A stretch of DNA of 64,000 nucleotides from Candidatus Kaiserbacteria bacterium. Lineage in GTDB: Bacteria > Patescibacteriota > Minisyncoccia > Phycocordibacterales > UBA918. Below are positions 9,101-16,521 of the stretch, one piece after another. The stretch spans positions 128,747 through 192,746 of the forward strand of contig JAHQWD010000002.1 of the NCBI GenBank assembly GCA_019634005.1, given 5' to 3'. The notes beneath the pieces were generated by a model. It did not search any database and was not told where the DNA came from. It worked only from the letters and a program-made list of their open reading frames with translations. Each line of letters starts with the position of its first letter. The first letter of the stretch is position 1. The position numbers were made by a program, and so were the translations under genes.

Positions 9101-9160
9101 TGTCCAGGAGGATTTGCAGAGGCGACCGTAGAACTCATTCCAGTCATCTTTGATTCCTAG
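6125..9160 (+). CDS. Giant cell-surface protein, paralog B. Signal peptide, then a ~370-aa N-terminal domain, then an internal 2-TM hairpin, then Ig-like two-Cys tandem repeats and the conserved C-terminal module (ends PVIFDS).
   Basis: 1011-aa ORF. Residues ~375-1011 parallel ORF 48..2300, including its TM hairpin and the INKSTY segment. The last ~180 aa are about 60% identical. Confidence 0.6.
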   Translation: MSNRIYSMHYTKYIFSLTLLFFAVTSVYAQEEEFEGILIADVGVQNASVVYQEGHTLDVFFELVNGEAVQPNIRYAVQVVEATEEGDRIWGEYTPDDVISLASNERLHRNITYTAPAWLDGIYEVRVIVENTAGLPLGSAFLGEVMFSGTGQYVEIDPDSCDVLYDYETPVSLTCLATNYFDTTLDVSPLSEVYRKTTRGEGVGMFWDEAVRYTFGAGETKEVEFVFAPQPGYGTYAAHALLVGAQGADVSNRVPYTYSTYASPAQIENITANASGYDEDDEAVITVAYAADETVFFTLELTDEDGRLCSEPITDVRLAYTESVYTARTIIDRSCEHPTASVFLTAGTGDVVDASTIYLSGLQEETGRLSFRDYMIILAVIVILILAYMLYRHTHKARNTETLTLSVLFVVLAFGFTTHFAEAGSWSSGSSISGCRNSLQGNINKSTYEPGEAIRVSMRTSVSCNSSATVNGVPIGSVGSLKTKMYTNTSGSSDSRTGINGNGYGGRLANGCCWGTTLTAPGRAGSYNTNFRSVNYTQEGTGYSSGRGPAPRRYVSHGSIRGSERYRVVATTPPAPTASLTASPSSIERGDETTLQSRCTNSTSASISRGVGSVSSSTDNTDVSPTQRTTYTLTCSGPGGSDNDSTTVIVTEPPVPAPTASLTASPSSIQEGNSTRLIARCTNSNASSINNGVGSLSATGGRPVVSPNSPTTYRLTCFGEETDAVATTRVRVTATPPPPPAAPHASISASPRRIQEGESTRVHWSSSNAVECRSTSSPLTTGGDTEGTQNITLNRAQTKTFSIVCENSAGDTDSASTQVTVEEPSEPSGPGSSPSPTATLEVRNTTGGGGWTSSNITILPGDQIALRWDSTNASACSGSNFNTGRADDGTTTSVNEPTGGNRTTYAVTCTGSGGSDSDSLRVTAQGLEPDLSISDEDVRQGESVTLTYNMQGNDPSQCSLVGPGVSYIAGSFSQQSGSIAITISGDSTFTLTCPGGFAEATVELIPVIFDS

Positions 9161-9223
9161 GCTTCTTTGTTGCGTTTTTGGGCCACATACGGTATAGTGG
9201 CGGCTCAAATACATATATTCATT

Positions 9224-9487
9224 ATGCCAATTACAACAGGAGCAGCAAAAACACACCGAGCATCGCTACGAAAGCGTGTGTTTAACACTCGTCGCAAGAA
9301 TACGATGGGGGATGTCGTAAAGAAGATGCGCAAACTTGTTGCTGCAGGGAGTGTAAAAGAGGCGCAAGAACTTATGCCAACAGCCCAGAAGGCAATTGAT
9401 AAGGCAGCAAAGCGGGGAGTGATTAAAGAAAATACTGCCGCGCGCAAGAAATCCCGTCTCTCAGCGCTTGTAAAGAAAGCTTCATAA
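9224..9487 (+). CDS. rpsT: 30S ribosomal protein S20
   Basis: MPITTGAAKTHRASLRKRVFNTRRKN…AARKKSRL matches the S20 family. Start taken at the internal ATG 9224 of ORF 9167..9487. Confidence 0.85.
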   Translation: MPITTGAAKTHRASLRKRVFNTRRKNTMGDVVKKMRKLVAAGSVKEAQELMPTAQKAIDKAAKRGVIKENTAARKKSRLSALVKKAS

Positions 9488-9496
9488 AGAAATAAT

Positions 9497-9520
9497 CGGC
9501 CTCGAAGGGCCGATTTCTCA
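9497..9520 (+). terminator. Rho-independent terminator after rpsT
   Basis: Hairpin cggccctcgaagggccg followed by atttct. Confidence 0.55.
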
Positions 9521-9542
9521 TTCTCTTTTCTTGTCCTTGGTC

Positions 9543-9884
9543 CTATTTTCCCGCAAGTGCATAGAGGAGTCTCCGACTATTATCGATGTGTCGAAGGATC
9601 TTTCGATGGGTTTCGATACTCCTCTTGCGGAGTTCTGGGATTGAGGATATTTGGGACACGTAGCCTTCGGATGTTTTCAGCTCCTCTCTCAAAACAATTC
9701 CGTTTTGAAGAATCGCCGCAACCAGCCCGTGGCAGAACATATCCGCTGTCTCTGCACAGGCCGTTGCCTCAAACTCCAGGGCGTCTGTCTCGAGTTTTTC
9801 GAGAAGCTGCTCATACTTCGAGTATTCTACAGCTTGTACTGGAGTACAGCAGATAAAGAACATGATACTTACTATGACTTTCAT
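9543..9884 (-). CDS. Hypothetical secreted protein with a signal peptide
   Basis: 113-aa ORF with an N-terminal hydrophobic signal (MKVIVSIMFFICCTPVQA). Confidence 0.4.
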   Translation of the reverse strand: MKVIVSIMFFICCTPVQAVEYSKYEQLLEKLETDALEFEATACAETADMFCHGLVAAILQNGIVLREELKTSEGYVSQISSIPELRKRSIETHRKILRHIDNSRRLLYALAGK

Positions 9885-9973
9885 TTATATCACCTCCTTC
9901 CATAGTAGTTGATCCCAGTCTGCCATATATATTTTTAAATGCAAAGAGACGCCCGGTAAGGCATCTCTTCGTT

Positions 9974-10048
9974 TGGTGCTCTCGCCAGGAGTCGAACCTG
10001 GAGCACTGGTACCGCAAACCAGTATTTTATCCATTAAACTACGAGAGC
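9974..10048 (-). tRNA. tRNA-Arg (anticodon GCG), 75 nt, CCA encoded
   Basis: Manual fold: acceptor GCTCTCG/CGAGAGC, anticodon stem CTGGT/ACCAG, loop TTGCGGT, T-loop TTCGACT. Confidence 0.7.
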
Positions 10049-10067
10049 GTAGTGAGGACAGCATACC

Positions 10068-10544
10068 TCAAAAACCAAAAAATTCCAGTATCTGATGAGA
10101 CAGCGGTTCTTCAAGTTCTTCTTCAGGAAGACGAAGAGAAATAACGTCCTCAATCTCGTCTATATATTCTTCTGGAATAGGGAGGATAAGGAGTGGAGCA
10201 AACGTCTTTCGGTTTCGAAGAAGTAATTGCGGACCGTGTCGGTTCTCTACATCAAGTGCGTATCCTGCAAGTGTTGCGTATGGATAGAGATCTCCGTCGA
10301 TACGGACACCGCGAGCTGTTATTGCAAAGGGAATAGTGTGTGGATCGCGAAGCGCATGAGTAACAAGCGCCACTGCACCGAAGATGATAACAAGGCCAAA
10401 TAGAATGTTTCCAAAAATAAAAGCCGCCGCCGCGCTCGCGATGGTAAGGAGTCCGACAACCCAAAACCAATCGGTGGTCTTTTCAATATGAGCGTGCTCT
10501 GGCGCTTCCCATGTAATGGATTGGATAACCTCTTCTGTTGCCAT
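10068..10544 (-). CDS. Hypothetical membrane protein, last gene of the zur-znu operon
   Basis: 158-aa ORF with two TM helices. It is co-directional with and tightly spaced to znuB. Confidence 0.45.
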   Translation of the reverse strand: MATEEVIQSITWEAPEHAHIEKTTDWFWVVGLLTIASAAAAFIFGNILFGLVIIFGAVALVTHALRDPHTIPFAITARGVRIDGDLYPYATLAGYALDVENRHGPQLLLRNRKTFAPLLILPIPEEYIDEIEDVISLRLPEEELEEPLSHQILEFFGF

Positions 10545-10568
10545 ATAGAAGATTGTAGCACGGAGAAC

Positions 10569-11366
10569 TTATCGTCGTGCAAAGAGGGTCGTTAACAAAA
10601 AGAGGAAGAGTGCAACAAGGACGATAACTCCTCCAGTTGCGAGATCGAAATAGAATGAAAGAAGCATACCTGAGGTAACAGAAAAGAGGGATACAAACTC
10701 TGCGTAGAGTAGTGTGCGTAAAAAACTCTGCTTTAGTTGGAGTGCGGCAAGTACAGGTATGACAATGAGTGCGGAGATAAGAAGGATCCCCACTACAGGA
10801 ATAGCAAGAGAGATAGTGACTGCCGCAAGGATAATGAGGACGGTATTTAGTAGTCCAACAGGGATGCCAGAGACACGAGCATATTCCTCGTCAAACGCTA
10901 TCGCGATTAGTTCTTTGTAGAAAATGAGTACGAGCACCGCTACGACAACGGCGAGAACGGCAATGACGTAGATGTCAGTTTGGGTCACGGTTACAATACT
11001 CCCAAAGAGATAGTTAAAAAGGTTTGAGGTAAACCCTTTTCCAAGAGAAAGCAGTACGGTCGCGATGGCAAGACTCCCTGAGAGAAAGAGTGCAAGTGCA
11101 GATTCTCCGTAGAGACGTTTTGTTGCACGAAGTCGTTCAAGGCCAAGTGACGACAATACCGTGACACCAAGTGCGGTGAAGAAAGGATTCATGTTTGCAA
11201 GAAGACCCACAGCGATACCCGCAAGAGAGGCGTGTGCGAGCGTGTCGGCAATAAGGGAATACCGACGAAGTACGAGAAAGATGCCGATAAGGGGTGCAAT
11301 GAAACCGACAATGAGTCCTGCCTCAAATCCACGAACGATAAAACTATAGGTGAAGATCTCAAACAT
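10569..11366 (-). CDS. znuB: Metal (Zn/Mn) ABC transporter permease, ABC-3 family
   Basis: 265 aa, 8 TM. It shares the N-terminal ABC-3 permease pattern and sits in an operon with the ATPase and SBP. Confidence 0.8.
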   Translation of the reverse strand: MFEIFTYSFIVRGFEAGLIVGFIAPLIGIFLVLRRYSLIADTLAHASLAGIAVGLLANMNPFFTALGVTVLSSLGLERLRATKRLYGESALALFLSGSLAIATVLLSLGKGFTSNLFNYLFGSIVTVTQTDIYVIAVLAVVVAVLVLIFYKELIAIAFDEEYARVSGIPVGLLNTVLIILAAVTISLAIPVVGILLISALIVIPVLAALQLKQSFLRTLLYAEFVSLFSVTSGMLLSFYFDLATGGVIVLVALFLFLLTTLFARR

Positions 11367-11369
11367 AGA

Positions 11370-12089
11370 TTAATGGTGATGTGCTTGTATGCCGTATTCT
11401 TCTGGCGTTTCATGAAAGAAGACGGTGCAATCGACGCAAGCAATATGCATCGCTTCATGGGCAACAGACTCAAGATCATGAGTAACCAACACCACAGTCA
11501 ATTCCAACTCCTCGTTTAGTTTCTTGATTAGTGCATAGAACTCTTCTCGAATCTCCTGTTCTACTCCCACGGTTGGCTCATCGAGGAAGAGTACTTCTGG
11601 ACGACCAGCAAGGGCTCGGGCGATAAAGACACGTTGTTGCTGTCCACCAGAAAGCGATCCAATTTGCCGATCACGATACGCTTCCATATCAACAGCAGCA
11701 AGCGCATCGGTGACTGCGGCCATATCTCGCTCATCGGTTGTGCGAAAGAGTCCACGCCCATGTCGCCCCATCAGCACAACTTCTTCGACTGTAGCAGGGA
11801 AGGAGGGGTCGAACGAAGTTGCTTTTTGTGGCACATACCCAATACGGGCATGTTCTGTAAACTTCCGAATATCTTGTCCAAAAAGACGAACGGTACCGTT
11901 CGTTGGTTTCATCAAGCCTAAAATAATTTTCAGGAGTGTTGTTTTTCCAGAACCATTGCGTCCTACGATAGCAAGGTAGTCTCCTTTGTGGATTGAGAAA
12001 GAGACATCATGAAGCACCTCATATTCTCCGTAGGAGAATGAGATATTTTCAAGTTCAATAATATTTTCCGAGTGATCAACTGCAGGCAT
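11370..12089 (-). CDS. znuC: Metal ABC transporter ATP-binding protein
   Basis: Walker A GRNGSGKTT, signature LSGGQQQRV, Walker B LFLDEP. The ATG at 12089 lies 2 nt after the znuA stop. The track ORF begins at an upstream GTG at 12104. Confidence 0.8.
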   Translation of the reverse strand: MPAVDHSENIIELENISFSYGEYEVLHDVSFSIHKGDYLAIVGRNGSGKTTLLKIILGLMKPTNGTVRLFGQDIRKFTEHARIGYVPQKATSFDPSFPATVEEVVLMGRHGRGLFRTTDERDMAAVTDALAAVDMEAYRDRQIGSLSGGQQQRVFIARALAGRPEVLFLDEPTVGVEQEIREEFYALIKKLNEELELTVVLVTHDLESVAHEAMHIACVDCTVFFHETPEEYGIQAHHH

Positions 12090-12091
12090 GC

Positions 12092-13096
12092 CTATAGTGT
12101 ACACCCAAGGGCCTCAGTGAGACTATCGAGGTTTGCGTACATCACTGTAAAATATGTTTCACCATGATCCTGCTCTTCCGCAGTGAGTCCTCCGAGTGGA
12201 TTGAGCACCAATGTCTCTGCACCGATTTCTTGTGCAAGTGTTTCTGCGAGACGAGGGGATACCAGTGTCTCAAAGAATACGTGAGTTACCCCATGCTCTT
12301 CTGCAAATGTACTGATCTCTGCAAGGTCTGCAGCCGATGGTTCCGCTTCTGGCGAGAGACCGCTAATAGGAAGTTGTTCGAGTTCGTATGCTTCTGCTAG
12401 ATACCAGAAGGCGTCATGTGAGGTTACGATAGTCCGTGAGGTACATACAGAGAGTGCATTGCGGTAGTCTGCATCAAGCGTCTGCAGTTTTGCGATAAGT
12501 GCACTGGCATTTTCTCGATAGATAGACTCATGCGCAGGATCAGCCAGTACGAACCCTTTCACAATTTCTTCCACCATGAGCATTGCTTTCTCTGGAGAAA
12601 GCCAGACGTGCGGATCAAGTCCTTCGTGGTGATGTTCTTCCTCCTCATGCTCGTCTTCATGATCGTGATCCTCATGTTCATCATGATCTTCTTCGTGCTC
12701 GTGCATTTCGTCTTCGTGATGTTCCTCCTCCTCAAATTCCCGAGTCATGAAGTCTTCACCTGCAAGTACGATGACAATCTCGTCAGCAGAAAGATTTTCG
12801 AGTACATCATGTTCCCATGGCTCAAAGCCACCGCCGTTAAGAATCAATACATCGCTCTTCTCCATAGTAATGATGTCCCGTGGAGTAGGTTCATATTCAT
12901 GTGGTTCTGCTCCCGCAGGAACAACATTGTGTATATCTGCATATTCGCCACCAATCTCAGAGGCAAAGAAATAGAGGGGATAAAAACTAGTGACCACAGA
13001 AAGTTCGTCGGTATGTTCGGTAGGAGTATCCATATACGACGCTACCCCAAAACCGATAACAAGCACGACAACAAGAAATATAAGTATGTTTTTCAT
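12092..13096 (-). CDS. znuA: Metal ABC transporter substrate-binding protein with a His/Glu/Asp-rich flexible loop (ZnuA-like)
   Basis: 334 aa. The loop HHEDEMHEHEEDHDEHEDHDHEDEHEEEEHHHEG is typical of ZnuA. An N-terminal signal is present. Confidence 0.8.
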   Translation of the reverse strand: MKNILIFLVVVLVIGFGVASYMDTPTEHTDELSVVTSFYPLYFFASEIGGEYADIHNVVPAGAEPHEYEPTPRDIITMEKSDVLILNGGGFEPWEHDVLENLSADEIVIVLAGEDFMTREFEEEEHHEDEMHEHEEDHDEHEDHDHEDEHEEEEHHHEGLDPHVWLSPEKAMLMVEEIVKGFVLADPAHESIYRENASALIAKLQTLDADYRNALSVCTSRTIVTSHDAFWYLAEAYELEQLPISGLSPEAEPSAADLAEISTFAEEHGVTHVFFETLVSPRLAETLAQEIGAETLVLNPLGGLTAEEQDHGETYFTVMYANLDSLTEALGCTL

Positions 13097-13099
13097 AGA

Positions 13100-13507
13100 T
13101 TAACTACATGATTTACAAAGCCCGAAGAACTCCAGGGAGTGCCCAGTAATGGATGCGAACCCTCGTGCCTCTTTGAGTGCATCGCGAGAGAGTAACTCCT
13201 CGTGACATGAGGATACATCTGCAATTTTATGGCACGAGGTGCAGACAACATGATGATGTCCGTGACCATCAGGGGCAAGTTCATAGGAGATACTTCCCGT
13301 TCCAAGATTCACTTCCTTCACGATTCCTGCTCCTTTTGCTGCATCAATGATGCGGTATACCGTCACAGGATCAACAACGGCACCCAGTTTTTCTGCAATC
13401 TCTGAGATAGAGATAGGCACACGTTGTTGCTCGAGAAATGAAAGGACTGCAATACGTGACTTTGTCGCGCGAAGTCCAGAGTCTCTAAGAAGGGAAACAA
13501 TATCCAT
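13100..13507 (-). CDS. zur: Fur-family metalloregulator, likely Zur
   Basis: DNA-binding helix region, HHHVVCTSCH and C-terminal CKSC metal sites. Start taken at the ATG 13507 (MDIVSLLRDSGLRATK). A start at 13621 would place the operator palindrome inside the CDS. Confidence 0.7.
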   Translation of the reverse strand: MDIVSLLRDSGLRATKSRIAVLSFLEQQRVPISISEIAEKLGAVVDPVTVYRIIDAAKGAGIVKEVNLGTGSISYELAPDGHGHHHVVCTSCHKIADVSSCHEELLSRDALKEARGFASITGHSLEFFGLCKSCS

Positions 13508-13515
13508 AATCGGAG

Positions 13516-13552
13516 TGTATAGTACCTGCAAAAAAATTGCAAGTACTATACA
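13516..13552. promoter_or_regulatory. 16-5-16 inverted repeat (TGTATAGTACCTGCAA aaaaa TTGCAAGTACTATACA, 1 mismatch). Candidate Zur/Fur-type operator in the divergent promoter region.
   Basis: Seen directly. It is immediately upstream of the zur start and within the 120-bp gap to the divergent thioredoxin-like gene. Confidence 0.5.
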
Positions 13553-13629
13553 CAGGGTAATGTTAAGTCTGCTTGACATGTCCGAAGTGAACGCTATCAT
13601 AGAGTCATTAGTGATAAGCACATATATCT

Positions 13630-14217
13630 ATGAAAGGTTTTGGAACAGTGGGGTGGATTATTCTTGTGGCAGTTATCCTTGGAGGAGGATACGCACTTAC
13701 TATGAACTCTAGTGAAGAGAAGATGGAGTCCATGGAGCATGATTCTATGATGGAGGAGGACGCTATGATGTCTGAAGAAGACAGCATGATGATGGAGAAA
13801 GAAGACGCAATGATGGAAGATGGTTCCATGATGATGGCAAAGTACGAAGGAGCGGTGCTTGCGGGAGGAGAGTCACCACTTCTTGATTTTGTGCAGTCAG
13901 ACTATGAGAAAGCACTCGCAAGTGACAAATTGGTGGTGCTGTATTTCTACGCAACATGGTGTCCATTTTGTAGGGAAGAGGCGGGAAATGCACTCGAGCC
14001 AGCATTCAGCGAACTTGAAGGGGATGATGTCATTGGCTTCCGCGTGAACTATAATGATGGAGATACGGATGAGTACGAAAAAGCACTGGCACGAGAGCAT
14101 GGGATTGCATACCAGCACACAAAAGTCTTTATTAAAAATGGTGAGCGTATCCTCAAAGCACCCGATACCTGGGATAAAGAGCGGTATCACACTGAGATAA
14201 CAAACGCACTCAAGTAA
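13630..14217 (+). CDS. Membrane-anchored thioredoxin-like protein (WCPFC) with an N-terminal Met/Glu/Asp-rich low-complexity segment
   Basis: TM helix, (M/E/D)-rich ~45 aa, then a thioredoxin fold motif LVVLYFYATWCPFCREE. Confidence 0.6.
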   Translation: MKGFGTVGWIILVAVILGGGYALTMNSSEEKMESMEHDSMMEEDAMMSEEDSMMMEKEDAMMEDGSMMMAKYEGAVLAGGESPLLDFVQSDYEKALASDKLVVLYFYATWCPFCREEAGNALEPAFSELEGDDVIGFRVNYNDGDTDEYEKALAREHGIAYQHTKVFIKNGERILKAPDTWDKERYHTEITNALK

Positions 14218-14219
14218 CT

Positions 14220-14924
14220 ATGACCACAAGTCTTATCATTGGAGCATTCATCGGCGGGCTGGTTTCCTTCCTTGCCCCCTGCGTGCTCCCACTCATTCCA
14301 GGATTCCTTGCGTACCTTGCGGGGAGCAACACTGACGCAACGGGGAGGGGGCAGCGAGAGATATTCATCAACAGTGTCTTCTTTGTCCTTGGGTTCTCTA
14401 TAGTCTTTGCACTCCTTGGGGTACTTCTCAACACCATCCTTGAGAGTATTGCATACGATGTGCAGATATGGCTGTCTCGTATTGGGGGTGCACTCATTAT
14501 CTTCTTTGGGCTCTACCTCGTGGGACTAATCCGCATTCCATTCCTCGAGCGAGAGCATAAGATGAGCGTTAAGACAAAGTTCTCTTCACGGTATCTTACG
14601 TCACTTCTCTTTGGATTTGCGTTTGCAGCAGGCTGGACACCGTGTGTCGGTCCTGCGCTTGGAGTGATTCTTGGGCTTGCAGCAACGCAGCCAGGAAGTG
14701 CATTTCTCCTTCTCTTCACCTATTCCCTTGGACTCGGTATCCCATTCCTTATTGTTGGTGCGTTTACGGGTAAGGCGACAGCGTTTATTACTCGTCACGC
14801 ACGTGCACTCAAAATCGTGAACATCATATTTGGCGCAATTCTCCTTGCACTCGGTGTCCTCATCTTTACAAACAAACTCGCACTTATTGCGAACTTCGAG
14901 TTCCTTAATAACTTCCTTATCTAA
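14220..14924 (+). CDS. ccdA: Cytochrome c-type biogenesis / thiol-disulfide transporter CcdA (DsbD family)
   Basis: 6-TM protein with the two conserved Cys motifs LAPCVLPLIPGF and GWTPCVGPALG. Confidence 0.75.
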   Translation: MTTSLIIGAFIGGLVSFLAPCVLPLIPGFLAYLAGSNTDATGRGQREIFINSVFFVLGFSIVFALLGVLLNTILESIAYDVQIWLSRIGGALIIFFGLYLVGLIRIPFLEREHKMSVKTKFSSRYLTSLLFGFAFAAGWTPCVGPALGVILGLAATQPGSAFLLLFTYSLGLGIPFLIVGAFTGKATAFITRHARALKIVNIIFGAILLALGVLIFTNKLALIANFEFLNNFLI

Positions 14925-14926
14925 CT

Positions 14927-16006
14927 ATGCGACCGTATATTCTTGTAGCAGTACTGATTCTGATTGGTGGAGCAATCTGGTTTCTTGAAAGCCAGAGTTC
15001 TGACAGAACATCACTCGCGGATGTCGTGTCACTGACACCACGGACGCTCGATTCTGAAGAAAAGGCGAAGATATATCCAACAGCAAAGGAGATCACCTCT
15101 CCTGATGGCTTCATCAATACCGATGAAATCGCTATTGGAGACCTGATTGGAAAGAAGGTTATTCTTGTAGATTTCTGGACGTACAGTTGTATCAACTGTC
15201 AGCGGACATTCCCGTATCTCAATAGTTGGTATGAGAAGTACAAAGATCAAGGACTTGAAATTGTGGGTATTCACACACCAGAGTTTGAGTTTGAAAAGAA
15301 GTACGAGAATGTGCTTGCGGCAACTGAGCGGTTCGACATTAATTTCCCCGTGGTGCTTGATAACGACTTTTCTACCTGGACTGCATACCAGAATCGGTAC
15401 TGGCCTCGGAAGTACCTGATCGACATAGATGGGTACATCGTCTATGACCATATCGGGGAGGGGGCATATGAAGAAACTGAGAAGAAGATTCAGGAATTAT
15501 TGAAGGAGCGCATGGAAGTGCTCGGAGAGGAAGGAGAAATTGTTGGAGATCTCACCGAAGAAGTCACCAAAGCATCTCGTCCAGACAGTCCAGAAATATA
15601 TTTCGGTGCGTGGCGGAATGAGCATTTCGGAAGTGGACCCCAAAATGCAGTTGGGTCTCAGTCTTTCTATGCACCGGAGGAAGTGAAGTTAAATACACTC
15701 TACTTTGATGGTGTCTGGAGTATTACGGAAGAATATTCGGAAAATGTCACTGCTGGTGGGAAGATTATCTTCCGCTTTAAGGCGAGTGAAGTGAACTTCG
15801 TTGCGGGTGCAGAGACTCCTGTGCGTGCGAAGGTGCTCGTTGATGGTGTTCCTGCAAATGGGCGCGACGTAGATGGGGAGGGGTATATCACGGTGGATGA
15901 GGAACAACTCTACAATCTCGTGTCTTCCGAGGAGAAAGAAGAACATACGATAGAAATTATTCCAGAGAGTCCAGGATTACAGGCGTTTACGTTTACCTTT
16001 GGGTAG
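14927..16006 (+). CDS. TlpA/ResA-like thiol-disulfide oxidoreductase, membrane-anchored, with an extra C-terminal domain
   Basis: FWTYSCINCQRTFPYL aligns to the ResA WASWCEPCKKEFPYM motif. An N-terminal TM is present. Confidence 0.6.
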   Translation: MRPYILVAVLILIGGAIWFLESQSSDRTSLADVVSLTPRTLDSEEKAKIYPTAKEITSPDGFINTDEIAIGDLIGKKVILVDFWTYSCINCQRTFPYLNSWYEKYKDQGLEIVGIHTPEFEFEKKYENVLAATERFDINFPVVLDNDFSTWTAYQNRYWPRKYLIDIDGYIVYDHIGEGAYEETEKKIQELLKERMEVLGEEGEIVGDLTEEVTKASRPDSPEIYFGAWRNEHFGSGPQNAVGSQSFYAPEEVKLNTLYFDGVWSITEEYSENVTAGGKIIFRFKASEVNFVAGAETPVRAKVLVDGVPANGRDVDGEGYITVDEEQLYNLVSSEEKEEHTIEIIPESPGLQAFTFTFG

Positions 16007-16048
16007 AGAGATGTATACTAGACCTGTATTGATAAGCATATATTTTCT

Positions 16049-16375
16049 ATGAAAAAATATTTAGCAGTCTTCGTTGCACCACCTGAGGCGTATGACAAGA
16101 TGAAGTCAATGTCTCCCGAAGATTCTAAAGCGGAGATGGATCAATGGAATGTGTGGATGGAAGCACATAAGGAACATGTTGTTGATCCAGGAGCACCAGT
16201 TGGATCTGCAAAGCGAGTCAATAGTGAAGGTGTTACTGACATGCGGAACACTATCGGTGGCTACATGATTGTTCAAGCAGAGACGCATGAGGAAGCGGCA
16301 CGTATCTTTGAGGATAGTCCAAGTCATGGAATGGAGGACGGAGCGATTGATGTGATGGAGATTGTAGAGATGTAA
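16049..16375 (+). CDS. Conserved hypothetical ~108-aa protein, paralog of 26028..26354
   Basis: About 50% identity to the minus-strand ORF 26028..26354 over full length. Confidence 0.45.
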   Translation: MKKYLAVFVAPPEAYDKMKSMSPEDSKAEMDQWNVWMEAHKEHVVDPGAPVGSAKRVNSEGVTDMRNTIGGYMIVQAETHEEAARIFEDSPSHGMEDGAIDVMEIVEM

Positions 16376-16385
16376 AACAAAAAAC

Positions 16386-16410
16386 GCCCAAGTAAGGGCG
16401 TTTTTTGTTT
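16386..16410. terminator. Bidirectional rho-independent terminator
   Basis: cgcccaagtaagggcg flanked by an A-run and a T-run. It serves the + gene and the convergent minus-strand tRNA. Confidence 0.6.
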
Positions 16411-16413
16411 TTG

Positions 16414-16496
16414 CGGAGGAGGTGGGACTCGAACCCACAAGCGGTTTCCCGCGACGGTTTTCAAGACCGCTCCGATACCATTCCGGGCACTCCTCC
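16414..16496 (-). tRNA. tRNA-Ser (anticodon TGA), type II with a long variable arm. CCA not encoded.
   Basis: Manual fold: acceptor GGAGGAG/CTCCTCC, anticodon loop CTTGAAA, T-loop TTCGAGT. Overall similar to E. coli tRNA-Ser. Confidence 0.75.
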
Positions 16497-16521
16497 AAGG
16501 CTCACATACTACACTAATTCA

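Noticed and set aside
9167-9223. N-terminal 19-codon extension of rpsT in the ORF track
   Set aside because: S20 homology begins at MPITTGAAK (ATG 9224). The extension is hydrophobic, non-homologous sequence.
13508-13621. Longer start (ATG 13621) for the Fur-family regulator
   Set aside because: It would add 38 non-homologous hydrophobic residues and place the 16-5-16 palindrome inside the CDS. Fur-family proteins are ~135-150 aa.
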